Made by a program: the position numbers and the translations under genes. Under the pieces are notes generated by a model. It saw only the letters and a list, made by a program, of their open reading frames with translations. It had not been told where the DNA came from and did no database searches. 64,000 bases of DNA, from positions 2,208,001 to 2,272,000 of the forward strand of contig CAWGRW010000009.1 of assembly GCA_963825135.1 (NCBI GenBank). The letters run 5' to 3'. Of the stretch, positions 28,156 through 37,484 are shown one piece after another (the first letter of the stretch is position 1; every line of letters starts with the position of its first letter). The stretch comes from an uncultured bacterium. Its GTDB lineage: Bacteria > Desulfobacterota_D > UBA1144 > Nemesobacterales > UBA2774.

Positions 28156-28932
28156 TCAAATCCGGAAGGTGTGATTATCTTGCTTCGAATATGTATCCGC
28201 CGGCGCAGGGTCACTGTCGACAGCCGAGCATACAGCATTACCATGAACCGTTCCCCGGAGCGGTATCACATGGATTGCGAAATTGGCGAGCCCGACCAGT
28301 ATCAAAATAATCCCCGCTATGATGCTCAGTTTCCTGGGCGCTAAACCGATTGATCTCTTGTAGAAAAAGGGGAGGAAGGACAACGCCGGCACCGTCCCGA
28401 GCCAGAAGATTAAAAGCACCGCGCCCCCGTACAAAGGATTCTTCGTCGCGACCGAGCCGATCACGAATATGTAGACCCATCCGCATGGTATGAACCCGTT
28501 GACGAGACCGAGCGTGAGCGCAGCAAGGGGTTTCTTCTGGGTGAGAGACCATCGGGCCGGAATTGTCAGCAGGGAAGTGACGAGCCTGTCGGGTATGAGC
28601 TCAAGACGCCTGCCTCTCACGAGGTTGAGGCCCGCATATATGAGGAATAGAGACAGGAGGATTAGTGAGGCCCTCGAAATAAGCGGGTAGTTATTGCTCA
28701 GGAATTTTTCTCCCAGCAGTCCCGCCAATACCCCGAGTGAGAGGTAGCTTGCCAGCCTGCCCAGATGGTAGAGCGGGAGGTACCCGATCCTGCTGTGCAC
28801 GGTTATCGCGATAGGGCCGCACATGGCGGCGCAGTGCGAGCTGCCGACCAGGCTCGCGATAAACACCCCGACGGGCACGGACAGGTACGACCAGCGGCCT
28901 ATTATCTCGCTAAATTGACTTAGGTCCGACAA
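28156..28932 (-). CDS. cbb3 biogenesis DsbD_2/TauE-like membrane protein
   Basis: SHCAAMCGPI, YHLGR, NGFIPCGWVY, FWLGTVP; last gene of the cco operon. Confidence 0.85.
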   Translation of the reverse strand: MSDLSQFSEIIGRWSYLSVPVGVFIASLVGSSHCAAMCGPIAITVHSRIGYLPLYHLGRLASYLSLGVLAGLLGEKFLSNNYPLISRASLILLSLFLIYAGLNLVRGRRLELIPDRLVTSLLTIPARWSLTQKKPLAALTLGLVNGFIPCGWVYIFVIGSVATKNPLYGGAVLLIFWLGTVPALSFLPFFYKRSIGLAPRKLSIIAGIILILVGLANFAIHVIPLRGTVHGNAVCSAVDSDPAPADTYSKQDNHTFRI

Positions 28933-30337
28933 GCTGTATGTCCTCCTCCGCTTCTATCTTATTGTTCTTCTCATCTATGAAACTAAGCTTAACCGATTCC
29001 GTCCCGCTGCTCCCGGTTACGGTCTGAGGGAACTTGACGAAGAAATGAACGGTCAGGTCCTTCCCAGCTCCGAGATCGTATGATTCGCTCTGGGAGATGA
29101 TCTCGATTTTCTTCTCCTTTAATTCCTCGGGGATTATCATCTTTAGCCGGATATCGTCGAACGACTGATTCTTCATGTGCATTTTGAAATGGTTTATTAT
29201 CACTTCGCTCCCGTCCCCGTTCTTTATGATCTGAAACGGCGTGTCTTTTCCGCGAAGGATCGTAACGACTATTTCTTCTCTCCTCTGAACTGAAAATATC
29301 AACGCGCTGACGACGGCTACGAGCAGAACTACGTATATCGCGACCCTGGGCCGAAGCCATCTTGTCTTGAGTCCCTTGAGAGTCCTCCCGGTAGCGTATC
29401 TTATGAGCCCCTTTGGTTTTTCTATCTTCTCCATGACCTCGTCGCATGCGTCTATGCACGCCGTGCACCCTATGCACTCAAGCTGGAGGCCGTTCCTTAT
29501 GTCTATGCCGGTGGGGCATACGGCGACACACTTGTAGCAGCTGATGCAGTCGCCCTCGGTCTGGCCCGGCTTTACGCTCCCCTTCCTCGGCTCGCCCCTC
29601 ACGGAGTCGTACGAAACCGTGAGCGAGTCGTCGTCGAGAAGCACCGACTGGAACCTGCCGTAAGGGCATACTATTATGCAGAACTGTTCCCTGAACCACC
29701 CGAAGTCGAACAGGAACACGGCGGTAAGAAAGGCCATGATGACGAATATTGTCCAGTTCTCTCCCGGGTTGTGCCGGGTCATCTCGACGAGCCTGTCCGC
29801 ACCCACGAAATAAGCGAGAAAACTGTGGGCGATCACGAGGCTTGCTATTGTAAAAAGGGTCCAGAGGACTGAGAGCTTCAGAAATTTTCTCACGTCCCAC
29901 GGGGCCTGTGCGAGGTTCCGCTGCTGAACGTGGCTCCCGATAATCAGGTATTCGAGCCTTCTGAAGATGCCGTCTATGAACACCGTCTGCGGGCACCCCC
30001 ATCCGCACCATATCCTTCCCCATACCGCGGTCACGAACGCGAGCCCTATCGTGAGGAAAGCCAGTATAAAGAAAATCAGCGGCGCGTCGTGCGCCCAGAA
30101 GGTAAGACCGAAAATGGAGAATTTCCTCTCTCCGATATTGAGTAGCAGCGCCTGGTGTCCCCCTATCTTTATCCACGGGAGCACGAGGAAGAAGATGACG
30201 AGGAATATCTCCGTGACCGTCCTCAATTTCCGCCATAGGCCCGAAACCTGCGCCGGGAATATGAAGACCCTCTTTCCTTTTTCATCCATGGTCGCCGGAC
30301 GCTCGTCCGGGAGGTGTCTCTGATCTAGTACTTTCAT
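28910..30337 (-). CDS. ccoG: cbb3 oxidase accessory ferredoxin-like protein CcoG
   Basis: GRIWCGWGCPQTV, REQFCIIVCPYGRFQ, CISCYKCVAVCPTGIDIR, CIGCTACIDAC. Confidence 0.95.
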   Translation of the reverse strand: MKVLDQRHLPDERPATMDEKGKRVFIFPAQVSGLWRKLRTVTEIFLVIFFLVLPWIKIGGHQALLLNIGERKFSIFGLTFWAHDAPLIFFILAFLTIGLAFVTAVWGRIWCGWGCPQTVFIDGIFRRLEYLIIGSHVQQRNLAQAPWDVRKFLKLSVLWTLFTIASLVIAHSFLAYFVGADRLVEMTRHNPGENWTIFVIMAFLTAVFLFDFGWFREQFCIIVCPYGRFQSVLLDDDSLTVSYDSVRGEPRKGSVKPGQTEGDCISCYKCVAVCPTGIDIRNGLQLECIGCTACIDACDEVMEKIEKPKGLIRYATGRTLKGLKTRWLRPRVAIYVVLLVAVVSALIFSVQRREEIVVTILRGKDTPFQIIKNGDGSEVIINHFKMHMKNQSFDDIRLKMIIPEELKEKKIEIISQSESYDLGAGKDLTVHFFVKFPQTVTGSSGTESVKLSFIDEKNNKIEAEEDIQLVGPKSI

Positions 30338-30903
30338 CTTCGCTCTATCATCTGTCCCTGCGGCGCTTTAGCTCCGGGCGGGTTCGTGCCGTGAATGCTG
30401 TAAACGTATGCCGCTACGTCTTCCTCCAGGTCGGCCGGTATAACCCCTTTCCACTGGGGCATCCCCTTGTCCGGTACCCCTGAGTTCATTACTGTAAGTA
30501 TAGCAGGAATAGACCCGTCGCCGTGTATCCAGTAGTCGTCCGTGAGGTTGGGGCCTATAATCCCCTGCCCCTTGTCTCCGTGGCACGGCAGACACTTGGT
30601 CAGGAACTCGGCTTTGCCCCTCGCTATCGCTTCCGGATTCGATACAAGCGCGAGATAATCTGCCTGGGTCTTCATTTCTCCGGTCTCTTCGGTCTTTTGC
30701 TGTACCGTTTTGATGGAGCTCATCTCCGACGACAGTTCCTGGTCGAGAGTCGGGCCTCCGAACAGCTGATAGTACGCGAAATAAATGACGGCGAATATCA
30801 CGGTGATGTAAAAAGTCATGAGCCACCATCCGGGGAGCGGGTTGTTCAGCTCCTGTATTCCGTCATAATCGTGGTCCTCTATCAGTTTTTCTTTATCAGG
30901 CAT
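30334..30903 (-). CDS. ccoP: cbb3 oxidase subunit III (monoheme CcoP)
   Basis: DHDYDGIQELNNPLPGWW, CLPCH, GPNLTDDYWIHG, KGMPQW. Confidence 0.92.
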   Translation of the reverse strand: MPDKEKLIEDHDYDGIQELNNPLPGWWLMTFYITVIFAVIYFAYYQLFGGPTLDQELSSEMSSIKTVQQKTEETGEMKTQADYLALVSNPEAIARGKAEFLTKCLPCHGDKGQGIIGPNLTDDYWIHGDGSIPAILTVMNSGVPDKGMPQWKGVIPADLEEDVAAYVYSIHGTNPPGAKAPQGQMIERR

Positions 30904-31087
30904 GGTTGTCCTCCTTTGATCTGAATCTCTCATCCTCGAGGGGAAGGCGCTCCATCTCCTCGATCTCGGCCTTCGGTTTCTTAAGCGCCCAGAGTACTAT
31001 CATTACAAAGGCCGAGAGGAACAGGACGAGGGCTATGATGATAATCTCTATGTCCGTAAAATATGAAAGTGCTATCTGGTTGATGAC
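30896..31087 (-). CDS. ccoQ: CcoQ-like small subunit (no canonical start codon at expected position)
   Basis: VINQIALSYFTDIEIIIIALVLFLSAFVMIVLWALKKPKAEIEEMERLPLEDE...; lies between ccoNO and ccoP. Confidence 0.7.
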   Translation of the reverse strand, partial: VINQIALSYFTDIEIIIIALVLFLSAFVMIVLWALKKPKAEIEEMERLPLEDERFRSKEDNHA

Positions 31088-33234
31088 GTGACCCCCTGCT
31101 GGGTTGTCTTCTTACCCAGACTCTGGAGATATGCGATAATCGCTATGACTTCCGAGTCCTTGACGGACGTGAGTGAGGGGTCCTGGGAAACGAGGCCCTC
31201 GTAGATGGTTTCCGCCTGCTTCTCCGCGTTTATGTCGGCGTTTGAGACCTCCTCCCCCGTATACGGCACGCCGAGCATCTTCATGACGCTTAGCTTCTTT
31301 CTAAGAATGTTGTAATCGATCTTGTTCGAAGCAAGCCACGGGTATGACGGCATGATTGACCTGGGCGTGATTTCACGGGGGTTTATCATGTGACGGAGGT
31401 GCCACATGTCGGGGTATTTACCGCCGACCCTCGCGAGGTCCGGGCCGGTCCTTTTGGATCCCCACTGGAACGGGTGGTCGTACATGGATTCTTCGAGCGT
31501 GGAGCTGGGTCCGAACCTGAGCACGTCGAAAGGAAGCTTCCTTATCATCTGCGAATGACATACGTAGCAGCCTTCCTTGATATATATGTCCCTGCCCGCG
31601 AGCTCGAGAGAGGTGTACGGCTCTGTCTTGGCCGTTTGAGGAAGATATTTGTAGATCGCGAGCGTGGGAATGATTTCGATTATCGAGCCTGCCAGCACGG
31701 CTATCAGAAGCAGTACCGTGAAGATCGCCGATAGGGCTTCTAGTTTTCTATGACCTGTGCCGATCGGGGTAACTTCCGCTGAGCGCGCCGGCACCTCTAC
31801 CGCCATTGCCTTCTCTCCCTTCGGCGCTCTCGCGATAGTTGTCCATACGTTGTAGATGAGAAGGATGAACCCGGTCAGGAACAGGACCCCGCCCGCGAAC
31901 CTCACGTAATAGAGGGGCTGGATCCTGATCACGGTTTCGACGAAGTCAGGATAAACGAGCTGGCCGTTTTCCCCGATGGCCCTCCACATGAGGCCCTGCG
32001 TTATACCGCTTGCCCACATGGAAATATAATAGAGAAGTATGCCGAGAAAACCGATCCAGAAGTGCCAGTTCATGAGCCTCTGGCTGTACATCTTGGTATT
32101 CCAGAGTCTCGGCACGAGATAGTAAATAATCCCGAACGTGAGGAACCCGTTCCACCCGAGCGTCCCGCCGTGCACGTGGCCGATAATCCAGTCCGTATAG
32201 TGCGCGAGGGAGCTCACCGATTTAATGGACAGCAGCGGACCTTCGAACGTCGACATTCCGTAGAACGTTATGGCCACTGCGAGGAACTTGATTATGGGGT
32301 CCGTGCGCAGCTTGGTCCACGCGCCCCTCAGTGTGAGGAGTCCGTTAATCATGCCGCCCCAGCTCGGCGCCCAGAGCATTATGCTGAATATCATCCCGAG
32401 CGTCTGCGCCCAATCGGGGAGAGCGGTATTGAGGAGATGGTGAGGGCCTGCCCATATGTAGATGAATACGAGGGACCAGAAATGGACGATAGAAAGCCTG
32501 TAGCTGTATATTGGCCTGTTCGCCGCTTTGGGTACGTAGTAGTACATGAGCCCCAGGAACGGAGTCGTCAGGAAGAATGCGACAGCGTTATGGCCGTACC
32601 ACCACTGGACGAGAGCGTCCTGCACCCCTGCGTAGACCGGATAGCTCTTGAACATCGCTACCGGGATCTCTATCGAGTTCACGACGTGGAGGAGCGTCAC
32701 AGTCACTATCGTCGCGATGTAAAACCATATCGCCACGTAGAGGTGACGGACTCTCCTTATCGCTATGGTGCCGAAGAAATTGACCGCGAATACGACCCAG
32801 ACGACGGCTATGGCGATGTCGAGGGGCCACTCGAGCTCCGCGTACTCCTTCCCGTGTGAATACCCGAGCGGGAGCGTAATCAGGGCGCCCACTATGATCA
32901 GCTGCCATCCCCAGAAATGAAAGTTGCTGAGGACGTCGGAGAAGTTCCTCGTCTTCAGGAGCCGCTGCGTCGAATGATATATGCCCGCAAAAATAATGTT
33001 ACCGCCGAACGCGAATATTGCGGCGTTCGTATGGAGCGGCCTGATCCTGCCGAACGTGAGCCACGGGAGCTCCAGGTTCGCAGGCCAGTACGCGAGCTCA
33101 AGCGCCGCAAGCAATCCGACTATGAATGCCGCGGCCCCCCAGAATATCGTCGCGTAAATAAATTTCTTGACGATGTCGTCGTCGTAATAAATCTTTTCAG
33201 TAATAGCGGTGTTACCCGCTCTGGCGTCGCTCAT
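31072..33234 (-). CDS. ccoN: Fused cbb3 oxidase subunits I and II (CcoN-CcoO)
   Basis: RIRPLHTNA, QWWYGHNAV, WAGPHH, HVHGG; CcoO part EGCYVCHSQMIR, WGSKRTGPDLAR. Confidence 0.96.
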   Translation of the reverse strand: MSDARAGNTAITEKIYYDDDIVKKFIYATIFWGAAAFIVGLLAALELAYWPANLELPWLTFGRIRPLHTNAAIFAFGGNIIFAGIYHSTQRLLKTRNFSDVLSNFHFWGWQLIIVGALITLPLGYSHGKEYAELEWPLDIAIAVVWVVFAVNFFGTIAIRRVRHLYVAIWFYIATIVTVTLLHVVNSIEIPVAMFKSYPVYAGVQDALVQWWYGHNAVAFFLTTPFLGLMYYYVPKAANRPIYSYRLSIVHFWSLVFIYIWAGPHHLLNTALPDWAQTLGMIFSIMLWAPSWGGMINGLLTLRGAWTKLRTDPIIKFLAVAITFYGMSTFEGPLLSIKSVSSLAHYTDWIIGHVHGGTLGWNGFLTFGIIYYLVPRLWNTKMYSQRLMNWHFWIGFLGILLYYISMWASGITQGLMWRAIGENGQLVYPDFVETVIRIQPLYYVRFAGGVLFLTGFILLIYNVWTTIARAPKGEKAMAVEVPARSAEVTPIGTGHRKLEALSAIFTVLLLIAVLAGSIIEIIPTLAIYKYLPQTAKTEPYTSLELAGRDIYIKEGCYVCHSQMIRKLPFDVLRFGPSSTLEESMYDHPFQWGSKRTGPDLARVGGKYPDMWHLRHMINPREITPRSIMPSYPWLASNKIDYNILRKKLSVMKMLGVPYTGEEVSNADINAEKQAETIYEGLVSQDPSLTSVKDSEVIAIIAYLQSLGKKTTQQGVTSSTR

Positions 33235-33416
33235 TTGCCCGTTTCCTCCTTAACGTGTTGGTTCTTTTTATCGGTTTCGTAGTCGTCGAGTAGCATCCTG
33301 TGTCCCGGGGTATCGAGGTCGTCGTACTGGCCTTTTCCCGCGGCCCATATGAAAGCCGCAAGGAAAACGAGCGCGATTGCGATTGAGACGCCCAGAGTGA
33401 GGAATATAATATTCAT
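33231..33416 (-). CDS. ccoS: cbb3 assembly protein CcoS
   Basis: TM helix then FIWAAGKGQYDDLDTPGHRMLLDD. Confidence 0.93.
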   Translation of the reverse strand: MNIIFLTLGVSIAIALVFLAAFIWAAGKGQYDDLDTPGHRMLLDDYETDKKNQHVKEETGK

Positions 33417-35866
33417 GCCCGCGCTCCTCCCTCACGGGTCCTCGTCTTGTTCCGGCCGTAAAGCGAGGAGGCTATGAGCAGCACCGAGCTCAACGGCATC
33501 AGCACTGCGGCCGCAAGCGGATTGATAAATCCCATGAGGGCGAATGCCCCGGCCGTGACGTTGTAAGTAATGGAGAAGGCCGTATTCCTCCTTACCGTTT
33601 CCCGTATAACCCTTCCGTGGTCTAACAGGTCGAGAATCGTGAACAAATCGTTCTCGAGTATATAGGCGTCTGAGACCTTCATGCTCTCCCCGACGCTTCC
33701 CTGAATTGCCACCCCTACTTCGGAAGACGAGAGCGCTCCCGCGTCATTGAGCCCGTCCCCGATCATCATCGACCCGCCGCACGCCCGGACGATCTCCGAT
33801 TTCCGCTCGGGCGTCACTTCCGAGTACACGTTATCCATGGGTATTTGAAGCTTTCGGGCGACCTGTCTGACGTTCGATTCCTTGTCGCCTGACAGGATAT
33901 AGAGCGAGTAGCCTCTCCTTTTAAGCTCCGTCACTACGAACTTCGCGTCTTCTTTGAGTGAATCCCCGAGGAGGATTTCGGATAGGGGTACCCCGTCCTT
34001 CCGGATGACGATCCTCGTCGCTATGATTTCGTTGATCTCATTCGGCCTGGATAGGTCGCTCTCCGCCGTCAGCGAATAGAGGTGCCCCCCGGCCCTGCCT
34101 TCGACGCCTTTGGAATAGAGGTGCCTGAAGCCGCTCACTTCGGGAATATCGAGTTCTTCGCCCGAGAGATAAGCGACCACGGCCCTCGCAACCGGGTGCT
34201 CCGATTCACGCTCGATGGCGAGCACTGCGGCGCGGTCGGTTGCGGGAAGCTTATCCGTATCCCAGCTGAGTATCCTGTATACGCCGTTCGTGAGCGTCCC
34301 CGTCTTGTCGAAGAATATGTTCTTTACACGCGGGAGCTTGTCGAAAATCTTGGCGTCCTTTATCAGTATCCCATTGTCCGAGGCGGATTTGAGGAAGAGG
34401 CCGAACGACAGGGGCAGAACGAATACGAATGCGCAGGGGCATGAAATAAGTATGAACGCTATAGTCCTATCGAGTGCTTCGGAAGCGCCGTAGTATGAGG
34501 AAACCGTGAAAAAGGAAACCGCCGCTATAATGCCGACCGCGAAAGTGAATGCGGTCGCGTATCTGTCACTGTAGGTGGAGAGGCCGATTTTACTCCTGTA
34601 GTTATTCTCCACTTCCTCGAGTATCTTTCCGATCCTGGTCGAGTTTCCGGTCTCCGTAATCTCTAGAAGCGCCTCGTCCGAATCGAGTATGGAGCCCGCG
34701 TAAACGATCTCTCCCCTCGATACGGTCCTGGGTATGTTCTCTCCAGTGAGCACGGACAGGTTGACCTCGGCAATCTGAGAGAGCAATCTGCCGTCGGCGG
34801 GGAAACGGCCGCCTCGGGCGAGCTTGATTTTCTGTCCCGCCCGGAGGGATTCCACGGGCTGATAAAAGTACTGTTTCGCGCTATCGTCTCTGACGAGGAC
34901 GCGGTTCGCTGAAAAGAGGCTCTTTCCGAGGGGTTCCCTGTCGTCAAGCCGTCCCTGGACTGTCCTCAGGAAATACCTGCTCGCGAGGAGAAGGAAAACG
35001 AACATGCTTATCGAGTCGAAATAAACTTCCGGGTTGCCGCTAAAGTAGTTATACACGCTTATGAAGAACCCTGCGAATATTACGAATACTATGGGGATGT
35101 CGACGGTCGCCCGTCCCGTCCTGACGGAGCCGAGCACGCTCTTGTAAAAGGGCAGGGAGCAGTACGTTATGACGGGGAGGGAAAGTATAAGGTTCAGGAG
35201 CATGAACTGCTCCTCGAACACACCGCGCGCGCCGGAATATATGGCCGCCGAGAGGAGCATGATGTTCCCCGCGCATACGGCGGCGATCGATAGTCTTATG
35301 AGAGACTTCCTGTTCTCGCTCTTCTTATGACCGCTCGCGTCTTCGTTTTTCTTAAGCGGGTGCGCTCTGTACCCGAATTTCTTTGCCGCTTCCGGAAATG
35401 ACGAGAATTTTTTTTCAGGTGTGAAATTGACCGTCGCAGTGTTGTCCGACATGTTGAGCGAAAGGGATTCGATCCCGGGTACGAAATCCGGTATTTTTTC
35501 AATAAGCCAGAGGCATGCGGCGCATTCGATCCCCTCCACATAAAAATTCATCGTCAGGGGCTTCTCTTCCTTAACATATAAGTCGGTGAAACTCTCGCTG
35601 TCGAGGTATCCGTAGTCTTCCCCTGAGGCTGGGTCTGCCGGGGGGGTTGTTTTAAGTATGTTCTGGGATTCCCTGATACTGTAGTAGTCGTCCAGGCCGA
35701 GCGCGCCGAGAAGCTCATACACCGACCTGCATCCGTTGCAGCAGAACATTTTGCCGTTCGATGCTACGATATTTGACGGGTTTACGGCTTCGCCGCAGTG
35801 GAGGCACCGACCATATTGCAACAGTTCTCCGGAAATGTTCTCTCTCGGTACTATCGTATTCGTCAT
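33413..35866 (-). CDS. ccoI: Cu-translocating P1B ATPase CcoI/FixI
   Basis: CLHC, FCCNGC, CAAC, SCPCA, DKTGTLT, SEHP, GDGLND; start placed at ATG 35866, downstream of the sigma54 promoter. Confidence 0.92.
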   Translation of the reverse strand: MTNTIVPRENISGELLQYGRCLHCGEAVNPSNIVASNGKMFCCNGCRSVYELLGALGLDDYYSIRESQNILKTTPPADPASGEDYGYLDSESFTDLYVKEEKPLTMNFYVEGIECAACLWLIEKIPDFVPGIESLSLNMSDNTATVNFTPEKKFSSFPEAAKKFGYRAHPLKKNEDASGHKKSENRKSLIRLSIAAVCAGNIMLLSAAIYSGARGVFEEQFMLLNLILSLPVITYCSLPFYKSVLGSVRTGRATVDIPIVFVIFAGFFISVYNYFSGNPEVYFDSISMFVFLLLASRYFLRTVQGRLDDREPLGKSLFSANRVLVRDDSAKQYFYQPVESLRAGQKIKLARGGRFPADGRLLSQIAEVNLSVLTGENIPRTVSRGEIVYAGSILDSDEALLEITETGNSTRIGKILEEVENNYRSKIGLSTYSDRYATAFTFAVGIIAAVSFFTVSSYYGASEALDRTIAFILISCPCAFVFVLPLSFGLFLKSASDNGILIKDAKIFDKLPRVKNIFFDKTGTLTNGVYRILSWDTDKLPATDRAAVLAIERESEHPVARAVVAYLSGEELDIPEVSGFRHLYSKGVEGRAGGHLYSLTAESDLSRPNEINEIIATRIVIRKDGVPLSEILLGDSLKEDAKFVVTELKRRGYSLYILSGDKESNVRQVARKLQIPMDNVYSEVTPERKSEIVRACGGSMMIGDGLNDAGALSSSEVGVAIQGSVGESMKVSDAYILENDLFTILDLLDHGRVIRETVRRNTAFSITYNVTAGAFALMGFINPLAAAVLMPLSSVLLIASSLYGRNKTRTREGGARA

Positions 35867-35901
35867 CACGGTATTTGTTACTCTTTGACAGTTCTTTACG
35901 G

Positions 35902-35916
35902 GCAATAACTATGCCA
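35902..35916 (-). promoter_or_regulatory. sigma54 -24/-12 promoter of the cco operon
   Basis: Minus strand TGGCATAGTTATTGC, 35 bp before ATG 35866. Confidence 0.8.
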
Positions 35917-35965
35917 TTGCAAATATTAATGAATACGATATTTCACGCCTGCATCCGGTGTCGAT

Positions 35966-35982
35966 TGTCAGATAATAGGACA
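35966..35982. promoter_or_regulatory. TGTC-N9-GACA palindrome
   Basis: TGTCAGATAATAGGACA, 49 bp from the promoter (same gap as at hemY). Confidence 0.65.
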
Positions 35983-36104
35983 GAACGTAAATATAATCGA
36001 GAAATTGGGGGCCAAATGGTCAAAACGGCTTATTCGGCGCATTAACGCCTGTATGCAAGACAGTTCAGGATAACGGGGACGCGCGGGCAAAGTCCCTTCC
36101 CCGC

Positions 36105-36200
36105 TCAACTGAACCAAAGATAAAAGCAAAGCGCGAAGAACACACCCATGGCAATAAGAAAAAGGGCGGCGCCGAGGTTTTGACCGGAAGAATCTTTCAT
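36105..36200 (-). CDS. 31-aa single-TM small protein
   Basis: RBS ggaggt then MKDSSGQNLGAALFLIAMGVFFALCFYLWFS*. Confidence 0.55.
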   Translation of the reverse strand: MKDSSGQNLGAALFLIAMGVFFALCFYLWFS

Positions 36201-36301
36201 AATGACCTCCATAGGTGAATATGAATTGATTATATAATCTTTCGGGAGGCGGAATCAACAGTTATTTATCGCTGCTGCCCGCATGCCCCTTACTGCGAAT
36301 A

Positions 36302-36805
36302 TCAGGCTTTCAAGGTTTTAATCGCCTTATTAACCTCAAGCGTCTTCCTCATCTTAAAACACTCGAGCTCGACGCCCTTCCTTTTTTCGACAACGGGACA
36401 CTCGAGCTCAAAGCCAAGCCTTTCGAAAAGGGGTTTCGAAATCCGGCTTGCGTCGGTTGTAAGGTGCACTGCTCCATTAACGATTGCATGGTCCTCGAGC
36501 CGTCTATAAATCTCTGTCGCGACCCCCAGCCTCGAATATTCCTTAATGGTATAGAGAAATGCGATATGGTCCACAGGCTTAAGCTGCCCGAAGGCGACCG
36601 GCCGATTCCCCGATTCAGCGACGAGCGTTAGCCCTTCTGCGAGCCTGTGCCTGATCTCTTCGATCTCGTCCGCGTAAGACACCCACGCCTCTACCTCCTC
36701 AGGCGTGTACATCTGTATCGCTATTTCCCTCACGGAGTTCTCGAAGAGCTCTGCAATACCCTCGGCGTCCTCGGGCTTATACCTGCGTATGGTCAAACCC
36801 TTCAC
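36302..36805 (-). CDS. GNAT N-acetyltransferase
   Basis: YSRLGVAT, TDASRISKPLFERLGF. Confidence 0.85.
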   Translation of the reverse strand: MKGLTIRRYKPEDAEGIAELFENSVREIAIQMYTPEEVEAWVSYADEIEEIRHRLAEGLTLVAESGNRPVAFGQLKPVDHIAFLYTIKEYSRLGVATEIYRRLEDHAIVNGAVHLTTDASRISKPLFERLGFELECPVVEKRKGVELECFKMRKTLEVNKAIKTLKA

Positions 36806-36837
36806 CCGGTCACCACCTCCATACCTTCTTCATAATC

Positions 36838-37470
36838 TCAAGCATGGGGCGGGCCCGGAATGAAGTCGAGAATTCCCAACATGACAAATTGAACCCCGAT
36901 GCAGATGAGGAGGAACCCCATTATGCGTGTCAATATCACGATCCCGTAGTTTCCAAGCATTCTTTTAACGCTCCCAGCGATTCGGAGCAATATATAGGAT
37001 ATAACGGCCACTACTATGATCCCGAGCGTCTCGCCAATGTATTCGAATCTCGAATCCGCGTTGGCGGCCATACCGACCGTCACGGCTATCGCCCCGGGCC
37101 CGCTCAGCATGGGCATGGCGAGAGGGGTAAACGCGATATCGTCGTCGGCGGGTATCATGGCTCCCTGAATCTGCGGGTCCCTGGGCTCGGGATTCAGCAT
37201 CCTGAACCCTATATACGTGATAATGATCCCGCCCGCTATGCGTATTCCGGGCAGGGAAATGCCGAAGAACCTCATTATCAGCACCCCGGCGATGAGGAAC
37301 ACGACCAGGATAACAGCCATGTAAACGGACGCGAGCAGCGCCTGCCGGTTCCTTTTGCCGTCGTCCATGTCCTTCGAAAGGGAGATGAATGTCACGGCGA
37401 CGGAGAATGGGTTCACGATGGGGAGGAGCGAGATAATAGTTCCGAGGAGTATCTGAGTGAAGTCGCTCAT
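36838..37470 (-). CDS. MarC family membrane protein
   Basis: IVNPF, FFGISLPGIRIAGG, PLAMPMLSGPGAI, TRIMGFLL. Confidence 0.92.
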   Translation of the reverse strand: MSDFTQILLGTIISLLPIVNPFSVAVTFISLSKDMDDGKRNRQALLASVYMAVILVVFLIAGVLIMRFFGISLPGIRIAGGIIITYIGFRMLNPEPRDPQIQGAMIPADDDIAFTPLAMPMLSGPGAIAVTVGMAANADSRFEYIGETLGIIVVAVISYILLRIAGSVKRMLGNYGIVILTRIMGFLLICIGVQFVMLGILDFIPGPPHA

Positions 37471-37484
37471 CGCACTATTTTACA

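Noticed and set aside
35867..35905. TTG start of ccoI at 35905
   Set aside because: It lies inside the sigma54 promoter; ATG 35866 is preferred.
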